The notes under the pieces are model-generated. The model saw only the letters and a list, made by a program, of their open reading frames with translations, had not been told where the DNA came from and did no database searches. A stretch of 64,000 nucleotides of DNA from the NCBI GenBank assembly GCA_900088475.1, contig FLMG01001623.1:1-64000 (forward strand). The letters are read 5' to 3'. Source of the DNA: Hyphochytrium catenoides (lineage: Eukaryota > Protista > Hyphochytriomycota). A program made the position numbers and the translations under genes. Shown piece after piece: positions 35,962-49,008 of the stretch; the first letter of the stretch is position 1; each line of letters opens with the position of its first letter.

Positions 35962-38216
35962 TCAGCTCATGGGAGTCTCGGTTTGCAGAAGGGGCGGATG
36001 CTCAGCCACAACTAACGTCTTGGCTCTGGCTCGACGGTAGACTGCTCTGACTCGTAGCATAAGTAAGACCGTCAGTATCATCGTCAAGGTCATGATCACG
36101 TTGATCCATCTGTTATCAATGACTGATGGTTTGGGGTGGAGGCATTGACAACAAAGAGTTATTACGCGTCAAGATGACAAGTAGTGGAACAGTGGCACTC
36201 ACGTGGGCTCACGAAAAGCGTGATGACCGTGAAAGCGTTACTAATCATGGCTATAAAGCCTACGAGGTAAAGATATTGCTTAGTCCAGAAGAGACGATGT
36301 GCGTCACTGACTGAGTACTTGAAAAGATACCTGCAGATGTACCTTCCTGCACGGGATAGGTAAGCTCAGCACTCAGCTCAAGAAAAAGTGGAGTCCCTGC
36401 CCCTTGACAAAAGCCTGACACAACGGGGCAGTGTTTATTAGCAGATTTGTCAAGCCAGAATCACCATAAGAAGTAGCTAGCAGATCATGGGCTTACCAGC
36501 GACAGTGATTGCCACGTATATGGATAACATCGTCGCCTTATACAGCGGGCGTGTTGCAAAGGGGGTTGGGAAGCTCAGAGTGAACCACAAGCATGCAAGG
36601 AAGGCAGCCAGGTTGGAAAAGATAATCATGCTCTTATAGCGGTGCTTGAAGTACCTAACTCACTGGTTAGCCCGGGCTCGAGGAGACGACAGAGAACATG
36701 TGCGTATGACGATGACTTACCCATCAGCCAGCTTTGCCACGATGATGGCACCTATGCAACCACTGAAGGAATTGAGAAACTGAAGCATTCCCACCTAAAC
36801 AACGGGAGTCAGCAATAGGCCAGTACGGCTTAGGGTGAATGTTATCATAGAGCCTCACCTGAGAGCTACTATAACCTAGCGGATTCAATATGTTCTGCAG
36901 AACTCCAAGCCACGCAGCAGAAACCCCGCTGACAAGATGAAGATATTGTCTTTCAGTGACTCCATCTATGGCACACGTCTCAAGTTTGTAACTTACTACT
37001 GAATTCCGCATGCAAAGGCGACCTGCAGAAAGTCTGAGTTGCGCACCACCCGGTCGACACCCTCCCAGAAGCTGATACTCTCTCTAAGAGACTTGGTGCT
37101 GGCTACTCGCCGCAGGGGATTGGGTGGCAGGACCGGGCTGCTTGGGAAGTGAAGAAGGACGAGGCCGAAACAAACCGAGGCTACAACGAACTGGAGCCAC
37201 ATTATCTTTGCCAGTCCATAGGGCTGAAGAGCGAGCTCCGGTGAGGCAAGATACCCAAATTGACAGCCAACACTACTTGAAAAGCTAGCGATGGCGGTGG
37301 CCATAGTCCTCTGATTGTCAGGAAACCAAGCTGAGGATATCTCGGTAGGGGTTGCCTGAAGTTTCGCAGCCTGGTTATGACTTTCCTAAAGTTGTGCCGA
37401 AACATAATTCAGAACTGACTTACCGAAGCGCCTGGACCCGCAGCAGCGTTAAAAATCTGTCCTGCGTGAAGAAGAAGAAGGATCATTCCCGGAGATTGCC
37501 TGACATGCAGAGCCTCGATGAAGGGCAGGAGTCTCAAAAGAGCGCCGACCGCGGTGAGGAAAGTGCCTATCAAGATAGTCTGCACGTGGGTTGAAAACGT
37601 TAGATATTTCTCTTTCTAATAGTCCAGCTGTCTCCAAGCAGTACCTTTCTCAGCCCATCCTTCTGCGACAGAACCCACCCGATCCATATGCCGGCTGGCA
37701 GGTAGACAATAGAGCTGTCATGCAGAAATGTCAGAGCTGATGCAGCCAGACAGAACAAAGATTAGTCTCTGCCATCTTACCCCCAGTTCAAGAGCAGGTC
37801 TACTGTCCCATCGGTGATCCGCACTTGAGGGAAGTACTATATAACCAGGTTGTATGAGAAGTGCGGGAACATCAGGACTTCATTGGCGCATCTACCTGTC
37901 GAAGCTCCGTCGGTATGGCAGAAAAGGTCATCCAAGCGTAGCTCTGGATGAAGTTGAAGCAAGAGAAGACCATCAATATGTACCACTTCTGCCACTTCGT
38001 CTGCCAAGTTCCCGCACCGTCTTCTGTCACAACAATGGGGATTGTCTCTAGGAGAGGACTGTCAAGGCTCTCATCATCCGTCAGGCTAGCAAGAAGCTCA
38101 TCGTACAAGCTACTGGCATCCTCTGCGACGCTTCTTCCAACACCTGTCTTGGACCTAAGTCCGTAAGATTGATCTTTGAAGTCCTCGCGCAGCTGGGCAT
38201 AGGAGTGGGATGTCAT
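35962..38216 (-). CDS. MFS transporter, SLC49 (FLVCR/DIRC2)-like (multi-exon)
   Basis: KWYILMVFSCFNFIQSYAWMTFSAIP; VDLLLNWG; GLRK; HAGQIFNAAAGP; HFPSSPVLPP; PLFLELSAELTYPVQEGTSAG. C-terminal EHPPLL is an ExxxLL sorting motif. Stop TGA at 35964-35962. Confidence 0.85.
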
Positions 38217-40168
38217 TGGTCCTATTCTTCTGGCGAAGAGAAGACTGGTTACCGCTTAGGTAGAGCAAGAAGGTAGAATGCAGCGGTCCATTATCTTCGC
38301 TCCTTCATTAGAACTTTGGTCGCAGCTTGGCTCGATCGTCATCCACCCCCTTGGGCCTCGAGGCTTGAAAGTCTGCCGACGCTACATCCACCGAGAGAGA
38401 GAGAGGCAGGTGAAGATCGCTAACGGGAGGAAGCGCTACTCTCTCCCGCTGACCATCTTATTCTGCCCGGACGCGGTTTCTCGTCTGTTAATTCTCATGC
38501 TCTTCTTCACGAGGCCGCAGCGGACGCGGTGTCTCATCTGTCAGCTCTCATGCTCTTCAGATTCAGGAGTCCAGGCATTCTTTAGCATCTCTTCATCAGA
38601 CATTGAAAACCAGAGTGCTGCCTCACTACAAGCCGTCACCGTCTCCCGTCCAGCTTCAACATCTAAAAGCCGCCAACGACATGTCCTCGTTCTCCCTTTT
38701 GCTGTTCATAGCTCAAGCAAGTCTCATACAGTTTCGAGCACTTTCTGCTCTGTCAAAGAAGCCAGGATAACTGCTGCTTGGCCATCATCCGCAGCAAGCT
38801 TCAGCAGCACAGTGAGAAAGAAGTCACGTGTCGGAGATTGATTGCGCGCCGGTGTTTGAAGTCTGGGAACCTCTTTAGACTGTGAGAATAAGTTGACAAC
38901 AGCCAAAGTATTAGTCTGTGAGTGGCCACTACTACTACTGAGCTTGATCGGCCACATTTCAGCTGCCACAACATCTGGTTACGTTGCTCCTTAGACGATG
39001 ACGACTGTGCGTTCTTGCCACCCGATGCAGTTAGAGCTCTCTTCTCAGCTCTATTATGTGTGTGGGTTCAGAAACTTCCTTTGCTATCTGTCATATAGCT
39101 AAAGCCCGTACGGGTACGAGCTCCTGAAAACTGAGACATTATACTGAGCAGCAAATCTAGAGATAATGCAGATTTCTCACTCAGAGAGAATAAGGAGCAA
39201 AGTGCTTTCCAATGAGCACAGAGATGAGCTGGAATGAGACTCCAGTGCCCCTACGTAGAACGATACCAGCAACTGCTGACTTTCCAAGCTCAGCATAACA
39301 ATATGAAAAATGATGATGGCCCCTGGCCTAATCTCACTACCTATGATATCCACTGGACGCGAAGGATGTTGTCACAAGAGGTTGGTCACATCATCATATT
39401 GTTGTCTTCCCCCCAGCAGTCAAAGGATGAAGATTGGAGGTGATGCTGGAGGAGGAAGACTTACGCTCTACATGGGACTCCCGGAGCCGGGCACTTCTAG
39501 CAGGTTTCTATCAGTTATGGAGGCTGGATATGATGGTGCTGGAAGGATAGCAGTGACAAGAGAGGCAGCACCGTGTACCCTGTACGTCCGATGGTCTATC
39601 AAGTGCTTGTCGTTGTAGAGACGAAAGCTTTGTTTTTTCTGTGTCAAGACGCTGAAATCAGGGGCCTAGTAGTATCGTGCCGACCAACAGGAAAAGCATG
39701 CTCTTGTGATGTCAAAGCCGAAGCCGCCCTAGTCGATGGACGTCGAGATAAGAAGGGGTTGATAATTGGAAGGAAAGTCCTTGTACTTGGACATGTCTGC
39801 AATAGAAGAGGGCCTCAGTACCATCGTGGTGATGGGGAGGATCTTCTGTTTCTTGCATGAATGCGATAACCATATAATTAGCTGTCATCATTAGTCAGTA
39901 AACAGAGCTAGTTCGAGCAAGAACATAACGGACAGGTCGGAGACAAGCAGAACAATCTGACTCTGCAACAAGGGCGAATGAGGTCAAAAATCTGAGGAAG
40001 TGATCGGGAGTAGCGTAGACAAGCAACTCTAGCTACCCCTAAAGCCGCTTTTTGGTGTCTCAAGCGTAGTAGGGAAGGAACTTGGCGGCCGACAAAGCTC
40101 TTACGATGGCATTTATGGCTAAGGTTACAGCAATATCATCTTCTATAGTAGAAATGCCTTCATTCCGC

Positions 40169-40185
40169 TTAGGGTTAGGGTTAGG
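40169..40185 (+). repeat. Short interstitial telomere-like repeat (TTAGGG)2TTAGG
   Basis: Direct reading; an opposite-strand AAACCCTAA lies at 40238-40246. Confidence 0.5.
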
Positions 40186-42981
40186 AGAGGACCTCAACTG
40201 CTCTCCGCGGCTCAATGACGACTACTTGTAGCATAACAAACCCTAAGCAACTCAGTAGGCGTACAACCAACTCTTGCCAGGCATCCAGCAAAGTGACCAA
40301 CAGCTAAACCTCCAATAGAGCTGGCCTGCGCTTATTTTAGGCTAATAATTTATCCCACTTACTACTGCGTAAACATCATCCCATAGATGCTAGAGAGGTC
40401 GCACTTTTCAAAGAGCCTTGCATGCAAAACGGTGGCAAGGTTCAGCACTGCCACCGTAGAGCTACCAGGTGTAACGCTAATGTCAGCAATATATGGGCCC
40501 TGTAATGCTTACTCTGTGCACCTCCTTTCTGAGATGAGTGTCCATCGACATCTCCACCCGCCAATCGCAGTGGGTGTTTCATCCGTCCTTTGTGCCAGCG
40601 AGCCAAATTGCCGATGCTATGAAGGGGCCTTCCTCTGCTAATTCTGATAAGAGCTACCAAATATAGAGATTATGATGCATCCATGAGAGTGACCCAGAGT
40701 TCAGTGCTGGGCATTCTATCGTTAAACTGAGATTGCGGGGATGCGGATAGAGTGTCAGCATAACTGAGATAAAGATCGCAGTGATGCGGGTGACAGAACC
40801 CTCAAAGCTTGTTGGCAATATGATGCAGCCAGAATGTATATGCTCTCAGGAGGAGAGCGAGAGGATCATCCTAGTTTTGAAGGGTCATTGGCCTCTGATG
40901 GAGACAGGTCAGTGCGATCCCAGCGCAGTCTCCGCAGGTGATGACTCAGGTATGCATGGGACCTACGAGTGGGTTGCTTATGACCAACAAGGAGCATAAG
41001 CCAGAATGTAAAGCTCCGTATCTTCGCAAGGATGATGCAGTGAGCAAGGAAGTATACTGACTAGTCTTCTTGCTTTCACCTGTCCTGTCCGATGAGGAAG
41101 AAGGAAGGTTCCAGGTTGCACTGGATAGTCTTTGGAGAAGATCCGTAGATCAATAGAGTCAGCGGACGTGAGACAGACAGACAGAGAGGGAAGGGAGTCT
41201 TGAGAAGATACTCCCGATGAACCGAACATACCATCTCGATAGTCCCAAGTCACTCTCGTCGTCTCAATTTGTCGCTACCTGAACACATTGGGTTCATGTC
41301 TATACTCACTTTACAGTGACAGATGAAACCTGATGCATATAGGCATCTAATGGCCCCGGCCCTTAACCTGAAATAGTCGCAATGGACGATACCTGGTGCA
41401 TGTTCTATTCCTTGTGTGGGACTTTGAGGGACCAAACACCTGAGAATTATGCAGTGAGATAGATGACGGCAGAAGGCGAAGGTGACGACTGCTCTTCGTT
41501 CCCAATCCACGAACGCCATTCCTTCTTCGTCACTTTCAGCGCTGATATACCACACATCGAGATTTATTCGTAATATGTAGCCTTGGGTCCCCTGTACTGG
41601 CAGTCCTGGCAGCAGCCACCCAGCCGCCCTCACACATTACAAATAATAGTTGACGACTATTCAGTATATACTATGTCATTGTGTTGTAGTAAATACTGTA
41701 CAAGACTGGGTGTCGGCTGGTCTCTGCTGTAGTTTCGAAAAGAGGTTGCTGTTCTACATCATAACCACATTCTACAGTTCCTGCTGGCCATTTTTACCCT
41801 GCAGCACGTAATATGAAAGCAGATGGCTAAAGGTAAGAAGGGCACTCTCCAACTTTGAAAAAAAACTAGTAAAAAGGGCCTTTAGACGATGTCACAGTAT
41901 GGAGCACTGGAAACTTTAATCTGGCGAAAAATGCTGTTCCAGGCTTAAAGAGCGACAGATTTGGGCAACCAGAGCAGTCCAGGACCTTTGAGTTTACCGT
42001 ATAATCAACCTCCAAACACACCACAAGCAGCTCAAGAGATAGGGGTAAAGAACAACACTTCTACCAACACAAAAATTTCAAGTGCCCACCCGTTCTCTCT
42101 GTGACACATCTTGCCCTACAAACTCTATAGTAATAACATTCCCTTGATCGCAATATAAAACAAAGGGATAGACACAAAGACTTGTAACAGACAGAGAAAC
42201 TAACAGGAGAAAAGAGAAGAGATGGGGGTCAGAAATTGGCGGTGGTTGGACTGGACTGGCCCTTGTTTATGTCTTAGACCCTAGGCCTCTCAGGTGCTTC
42301 TGAAACAGTCCACACCTTGATTCTCTCGCCTCTGATTATGGAACTTCGTCGCTCTCGGCGTACCTTGCCGAAGTATCCCCCAGAACACGAACAGCTCCTG
42401 ATGCTCAGTCTATTACTATGGCTTGAAAGCATAGGATGATAGGCTAAGGACGACGGATAGAACATTACTCGGACTGGCAGAGTGGGGAGAGGCCCTGGCT
42501 ACCCACCCGTACGGGTTATCCTAATGCGCCAGCAGAAAATTATGCTGTTACGCGGGGGCAGGGAGGTGCTGGCGTCCGCATCATGCCTTCATTGACAGGC
42601 GCCGCTGGACTGGACATTGGCTGCCAGGCCCAGCTAGCCATGCTCATCTCTCCTCTCTGTCTTCCACTCTCCTCCTCGTTTGTCACTTCATCGCTTCTCC
42701 TGTGAATGAATGCTGGTCATCGTCCCTCCATTGCCTCAGTCAGCAAGAGAGGGAACCTTGGTCTTTCACATCAGAGTGGACTGTGTATTGTCCAAGCAGA
42801 TCTACTGATCCAGGTCACTCCACACTCAACGTGCACAGCTCATAAAGACCGCGCCTCACTTCAAGATTTGCAGAGGACGCAGAACGCAACCCCAGAGCTC
42901 TGTAGCCACTAGTCAACACAGATTGTTCTCTCAGAAAGCAGTAGCAACACAGAGCTAGCTAGCTGTGCACAGCGCGGAATA

Positions 42982-44100
42982 ATGAGCCCAAAGAATGAGA
43001 ACCGTGGAAGCTTTGGCACCGATCCTTCAAGTCCCTCCGGAAGTGACAGCAGAAACAACCGCTACAAGGTTCTCGTCACGGGCGGTGCTGGGTACATTGG
43101 CAGCCATACCGTGGTAGAGTTGTTAGACGCTGGCGTTTACGATGTCGTAATCGTTGACAATCTCTGCAACTCGTCAGAAGAGAGTGTCCGTCGTGTCAGG
43201 AAAATCACTAATACTGACCAACAGAGCCTGCCATTCTACCAGGTAGACATACGAGACCGCGAGGGCCTCTCAGCGGTCTTTGAAAAGGAGGGCCCCATTG
43301 ATTTCGTCATACACTTTGCGGGTTTGAAGTCCGTCACTGAGTCCAATGACAAGCCTATTGAATACTTTGACGTAAACTTTTCCGGCACTATGAGCCTGCT
43401 ATCTGTGATGGACCAGCATGAGTGCCGTAAGGTCGTCTTCTCGTCGTCCGCAACAGTGTATGGGACGGCACCTTCTCCCATCAGCGAGGACGCCCCAGTT
43501 GGAGTTGGCATCACTAACCCCTATGGGCGGAGCAAGCTGCTTGTTGAGGATGCTCTCCGGTCACTTCATGACTCTCCCGTTGGGTCGAAGTGGGGCATAG
43601 TCATGCTGCGTTACTTTAACCCAGTTGGAGCCCACGAGAGCGGTATGATTGGGGAAAGCCCCAATGGACCCCCGAACAACTTGATGCCCTACGTCTCGCA
43701 AGTTGCCGTGGGTGTCCGTCCTGTCCTGACTGTCTTTGGCGATGATTGGGAGACACGCGATGGTTCTGGAGCACGAGACTTCATCCATGTAGTGGATTTG
43801 GCTCGCGGCCATGTGGCGTCTCTTAGACGCCTCCAGGATTCTGAAGGCACCTGCGACGTCTATAATCTTGGCTGCGGAAATAGTATCACGGTACTGGAGA
43901 TGGTTCGAGCCATGGAGAAGGCTTCAAAGAAGCAGGTACCCTACAAATTTGGACCCCGTAGACCTGGAGATCTGGGAGAGGTTTACTCTTGTCCGGACCT
44001 GGCCATGAAGGAGCTTGGATGGAAAGCAGAGAAGACTGTGGATGATATGTGTGAAGATGTCTGGCGCTGGCAGAGCAGAAATCCAAAGGGTTATAACTGA
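42982..44100 (+). CDS. GALE: UDP-glucose 4-epimerase (intronless)
   Basis: VLVTGGAGYIGSHT, VIHFAGLKSV, FSSSATVYG, NPYGRSK, LRYFNPVGAHESG, PNNLMPYV, RDFIHVVDLA, RRPGD, WRWQSRNPKGY. Confidence 0.97.
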   Translation: MSPKNENRGSFGTDPSSPSGSDSRNNRYKVLVTGGAGYIGSHTVVELLDAGVYDVVIVDNLCNSSEESVRRVRKITNTDQQSLPFYQVDIRDREGLSAVFEKEGPIDFVIHFAGLKSVTESNDKPIEYFDVNFSGTMSLLSVMDQHECRKVVFSSSATVYGTAPSPISEDAPVGVGITNPYGRSKLLVEDALRSLHDSPVGSKWGIVMLRYFNPVGAHESGMIGESPNGPPNNLMPYVSQVAVGVRPVLTVFGDDWETRDGSGARDFIHVVDLARGHVASLRRLQDSEGTCDVYNLGCGNSITVLEMVRAMEKASKKQVPYKFGPRRPGDLGEVYSCPDLAMKELGWKAEKTVDDMCEDVWRWQSRNPKGYN

Positions 44101-45460
44101 GCAGCACGCCTCCATCCCGCGTTTGGCGATGACCTACGGTGCCTAGATTCTTGGTAGCGTCCGCTTACATCCTTTGCCAAGGGTCGTAAAGGGGCAAACA
44201 AGCGCCTAGACATGTCTTTTATTTATGATGACAGATCTAAGACGGAACAGGTAGTGACGGCGATAGTAGTGCTGGAGCTCTCCTGGTCCTCTTACAGCTG
44301 GAAATCCTGTTTGCAGGAAGAGTTAGATTTACCCATGCTCTCCGCATTTATAACTGTTAAAAGAAAGTCGGTTGACCTCTCACTGCTCTTTTATTTCTGC
44401 TTCTTGTTTAATCTTTGCTGCATCTTAGTCAAGCACAGCTTCAAACAGCTGCCTGCAAATGTAATCCTAGCTCCAATGACCGAGTCGGGCCTATCCCGGG
44501 CTTCAAATACTACCCTTCCTTGCTACCGATGACTATTTAGCAGGCTCTTGGTCGCCAAAGGCTTTGTAGAATATTATAAAAGCCTACCCTGCCATTCGGA
44601 AGCCCCTTACGCCCACGGCACAGATATCACCCTTCGCTTGGAGGTCACGTCACAGTGCAACAGCTTTTGAGCAGGGTACTCGTCTTAGCTCTCGGAAGAG
44701 CAATCGTAAGATCATGCAGCGCAAAGAAGCTGGATGTCTGATGTTTCCCTGCAGCTAACGAGAGCCCGATTTTTTCCCGCTGAAGAGGCCCCTGCCAATC
44801 GTCTTCGCGCGATAGCGCTAAGTAAGCAGCTAGGCATTCGGGCAACCATCACCTCGTACTTTAGGCTTTGCTGATACCGAAAAACCACGTGCCTACCCCC
44901 TACAGAGCTCGTAAGCAGGCTGTCACGCGGAACTGTGCTTTCTCACGCTTTGGGCTCTTCGCTAAGAACATTGTCTACGATTGAGCTCCAGTGCCATAAG
45001 CCGTGGCTCGCTACTACGAGCCACCAGCCCAGACGAAGGCCATGAAGCGGAAGATGGAAGAGCCTGCCTGCAGAGGATCTGGCAGTGCCTGAGAGATGCT
45101 TCTGAAGTTCTGAAGGTTCGCCGACTCAATGAAGACAAGAATCAGCTATATTCCGAACCAGGGCACCATTAGTCCCGCCTATTCCATTACAGACAGCCTT
45201 TGGTTCTGAATAGTGTTGAGGAGTTGTATCACTCGTCCGCAGAGAAAGGACAAACCAAGATAGCTGCATCATCGCTGGTCAGTCTGCCCCTGCTGCTCTT
45301 CTGCCCTCTCATCCATTGTCTAAGAGCTCTCCAGAGCCCATCAGAGGAGTCGTTTCAGGTGAAGAAGTCTCCACAGCGTAAGAAGCTCGGTCAACTGGCC
45401 GTGTTTCACGCTTACCAACAGAGAGGACTCCTACAGCGAGTGTGGGCAACCACCGACAGA

Positions 45461-47767
45461 ATGGGGGAGTTTGCCCCTGAAGTTCGGTTAGACTTCGATG
45501 AAGGGCCAGAGCTAGACGAAGAAGTCATTCAGGATCTTCTCCGCAAGTTGAATCATACCCAGGATAGCGTGCAATCAATAGCGAAGACGTTGATAAAGTA
45601 TCCAAGTGAAGCGGCGACCATCGTAGAACTATGGTGAAAGCGCGTGACAATTTAAAGTCTCTATGCATCATTGTCTTACACTGAGCTGGCCTATATCACA
45701 GGTTAGAGCAGCTGGAAGAGAGGGACTCTGGAAGAAGGCTGCCCTTCCTCTACCTTGCCAATGACATTCTACAGCGCCAAGAGAAGGCGGACAACCCCTT
45801 TGAGCTGGAGTTCCTACCCGTGAGTATAGAGTCTACGTCTGGCGCCTCAGCTCTTCCTAACTAGCCATGCTGCTGGCGACTGTGTAGGTTATGGATCAGG
45901 CGATCCGGCTTCTTTGTGAGAACAAGGGCAATATCAATCCCACTAGAAGAGTGCTGCATGTCTGGGCTGATCGATCCGTCTTCCCCAAGGTAAACTTCTG
46001 CAGCGCACTCTGCCTCCTGCATATGACAAGATGGTCAACCGCAGCTGCTCCCCCAATGATAGGAATTTCTCGAACGTCTGAAGGAGCACTTCGCAGACGA
46101 CGTCGAAGATCTAAAGCAATCTCTTCGGGGGTCCGTCGAAGCTCTGCCTCCAGTCCAGCAGAACTCTTCCGTATCACTAAGGTCGCAGAAGGTTACTCCG
46201 CGAATGGTACATATTATCTGTCTCAAACTCTGATTATCGTTTCCTTTGTCTCATTGGCCTTTCTAACATATCTCCTATTCAGTGTCTTTCTGGCCGTAGC
46301 TGTCGCTACTCTTCCGGTCTCTATCTCTGCCTCTCATTGCCTTGACCGTCCTACGCCGCCGCCTTCTCATTTCTTATCGCTTTGGTTATGACTGCAGCTC
46401 CATCCAGCTTCAAGGGCCCTGATTGCATTTGAAGAGAATGAGGCCATTATAGGTTTTCTGAAGGAAAAGTGAGTTAATAACAGGCATGGTTAGCTGTCAG
46501 GCGTGCTTATCATGGCTAACCTTGGCTCTTCAGGATTGATAAACTGGACGCTGAGGTTCTCGACGACAGCCTCACTTCAGTATCTGATGTCTTGCAAAGG
46601 GCTAGCGACAGCTCTGCCAATGAGTTCAGGAAAAAGGTAGAGGAGGCACTTAAGCTGTTGACCAAGTATAAGGCAAGTTGACGAATGGTTGAAGCTCCTT
46701 CAAGTTTTTGCTCTCATTATCTCTCATTGCGAAGCTCTTAACCACTCTTGTTATCCTTCCTTGACGCAGGAATACTTGGACTTGCGAGGGAAACTCGCTG
46801 GCGAACTAGAAGATGCACTGACTCAGGCCATCGGTACTGAGGTAAGGTAGCCTAGAGAGAAGTAAGTGATAGATAATGGTCTTCAGTATATGACGGAGAG
46901 GCAAGAGCTAGGCGAATAGTAAGCCGGAGCACTAGATATTTCAGCAATCAAGCGAAGAAACGGGGTAAATGCCGTCGTGCTCTGTTTTAAGGGCAGGGGA
47001 CACTGTAATGGCTACATTTCCTAGCTGAATGAAGTTAAGGCCAACTGTAAGGGCATGTGGGGAGAAGGTGGAACTGCCGCGAAGCTAACTGACAACCTCC
47101 CACACTGTTCAGAGCCAAATTATAGACCTCAATACAAAGAGACGCTTGGTAAGAATCATTCATTGTCAGCGAAATATTGTGGGCTTGTTATTGACTGAAG
47201 CGACGTAAACAGGAATGTGAGGTCATTACGGAACAGCTAGATAACCTTCAGAAGAAGCAACAGGAGAACCCAAGCTTGGTATGAAGTTTGTTTTAGTACT
47301 TGAGTGACTTTTTACCTAGGACTGACTTGTGTTGAGCAGTGGGAGGAGAAACGAAAGGCCTGTTTGGAAGCTCGCAGACTCAGAATGGAAGAAGCGGAGA
47401 AAGCTAGGCAGGAGAAGAAGCGAAAGCAAGAGGAAGAGGCCATGGCAGCCGTGGCGAGCATCGTAAGCCCTAGAGCCTCCCAACAGGAGGAAGAAGAGAG
47501 TCAATCGAACCAACAGTAAGTACTCTCATTTCTTCGTCCACGTAGTAGGCCGTTCGTCTTATTTCCGTTTGCTACTAGGCCTGAAGCCTCAACTAATGCA
47601 AGGGCAGCCAGATTGGTCTGGCATCCGTAAGTACCTCTCGATGTGCTCCATTTCTCGTTTTCTGGAGCAAAGGCTCTCCATTCTAACCGTTCTCCTGCTT
47701 GGGATACAGTGCGCTGAAGGAGTATGTGGAGCTGCCTCGGGAGTTAGAGGCGTGGAGAGAGCATTGA
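45461..47767 (+). CDS. RNA Pol II CTD-interacting domain protein, RPRD1/Rtt103-like, with coiled coil (multi-exon)
   Basis: LRKLNHTQDSVQSIAK...IVELW|LEQL...RRLPFLYLANDILQ...RRVLHVWADRSVF (CID), followed by coiled-coil exons. Last exons read LVWHP|ALKEYVELPRELEAWREH* (TGA at 47765-47767). Confidence 0.82.
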
Positions 47768-47946
47768 GGCCACTGCAGACTGCATCTCTCCGATCTCGAA
47801 GGATAAGAGCTACTGAGTTCGCTGTATTATCTATTATGTAACATACAAACAAATTGCCTATGGTAGCGGCCCAGTTACCGCTTTACTTCTTCCCTCACCG
47901 TTGACGCCTGCCCCATCGCCACCTACACTCTCTCCTTCGCTTTCGC

Positions 47947-49008
47947 CTACTGCGTAGCACTCACGCGCTTATCCTTGAGAAAGCCAAGCTCAACAAGGTT
48001 GTTACCAGTATCTACAATGCTTTCCTTTGCAGGCTTAAACGTCGCTCCAAGCTCTTGCACAATCTTATCATGGCTGAAGGAGTACGCTCTACCACTGTAT
48101 GAGCGGATATACTGGCCCGCCTGTCCTTTCTGCGTGTAGGAATATAGCCAGGCAATAGGCTTAGGCAGGACGATATTGGCGGGCAGCGGGTACTTTTGGA
48201 AGCCATTTTCCTTGAAGGTCTTGCTAATATCCAGAAGCTCCAGCGACTCATTGACGGAGAGATACCTTCCCTTTGCTGCCTTGTTCTCCATAGCAAGAAT
48301 GTGATGCTCAGCTGTGTCTCTGACGTCGACTATGGGATAACTCATCTTGAAGACCGCGGGTGCCGCGCCAGTCAAGAACTGATAGAGGATGGAAACAGAC
48401 GGGTTCAGCGTCTTAGTGAAGGACGGGCCTATCACGGTCCCAGGGTGGATAGTCACGAGCTCAAATTTCTTCTCTGCTGGTAGTTCGTCCACAAATTTCC
48501 ATGCGGCCTTCTCTGCCTCTACCTTACTGAAGCAGTACGGATTGTTGGTAAGAGATGAACTGGTATTCCAGTTGCTCTCATCGAAGACAGTTCCATCCGC
48601 AGGGCTGTCCTGCTGGATAGCAGCGATAGAGCTCGTCAGGACGACCTTCTTCACCGACCCCGCCTTCTCACAAGCACGAAGAACGTTAAGCGTGCCCTTC
48701 AGAGCAGGATCTACGAGGTCTGTTTGTGCGTTCTTGGCTGCCATCGTATACGGAGAGGCTGTGTGGAGGACATATTCGATGCCCACGCAGGCAGCATCGT
48801 AGGCGCCTTCAGTAAGCAGGTCCGCCTCTACAAGCTCCAGATTTTCAGCATTGGTGAAGGCCTTGAGATGCGCTCCTTTCTCCACACCTCTCACGGTGCC
48901 TCTTACTTTGTATCCTCGTTCCAGAAGGGATTTGACGATCCAGGATGCGATATATCCATTCGCTCCGGTGACTAGTACTGGAGCTTCAGTGATGCGTGAA
49001 GAGGCCAT
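47947..49008 (-). CDS. Extended SDR, dihydroflavonol reductase/cinnamoyl-CoA reductase-like aldehyde reductase (intronless)
   Basis: VLVTGANGYIAS, VRGTVR, VLHTASP, VDPALKGTLNVL, VLTSSIAA, YCFSKVEAEKAAW (YxxxK), VDVRDTAEHHI. Confidence 0.93.
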   Translation of the reverse strand: MASSRITEAPVLVTGANGYIASWIVKSLLERGYKVRGTVRGVEKGAHLKAFTNAENLELVEADLLTEGAYDAACVGIEYVLHTASPYTMAAKNAQTDLVDPALKGTLNVLRACEKAGSVKKVVLTSSIAAIQQDSPADGTVFDESNWNTSSSLTNNPYCFSKVEAEKAAWKFVDELPAEKKFELVTIHPGTVIGPSFTKTLNPSVSILYQFLTGAAPAVFKMSYPIVDVRDTAEHHILAMENKAAKGRYLSVNESLELLDISKTFKENGFQKYPLPANIVLPKPIAWLYSYTQKGQAGQYIRSYSGRAYSFSHDKIVQELGATFKPAKESIVDTGNNLVELGFLKDKRVSATQ

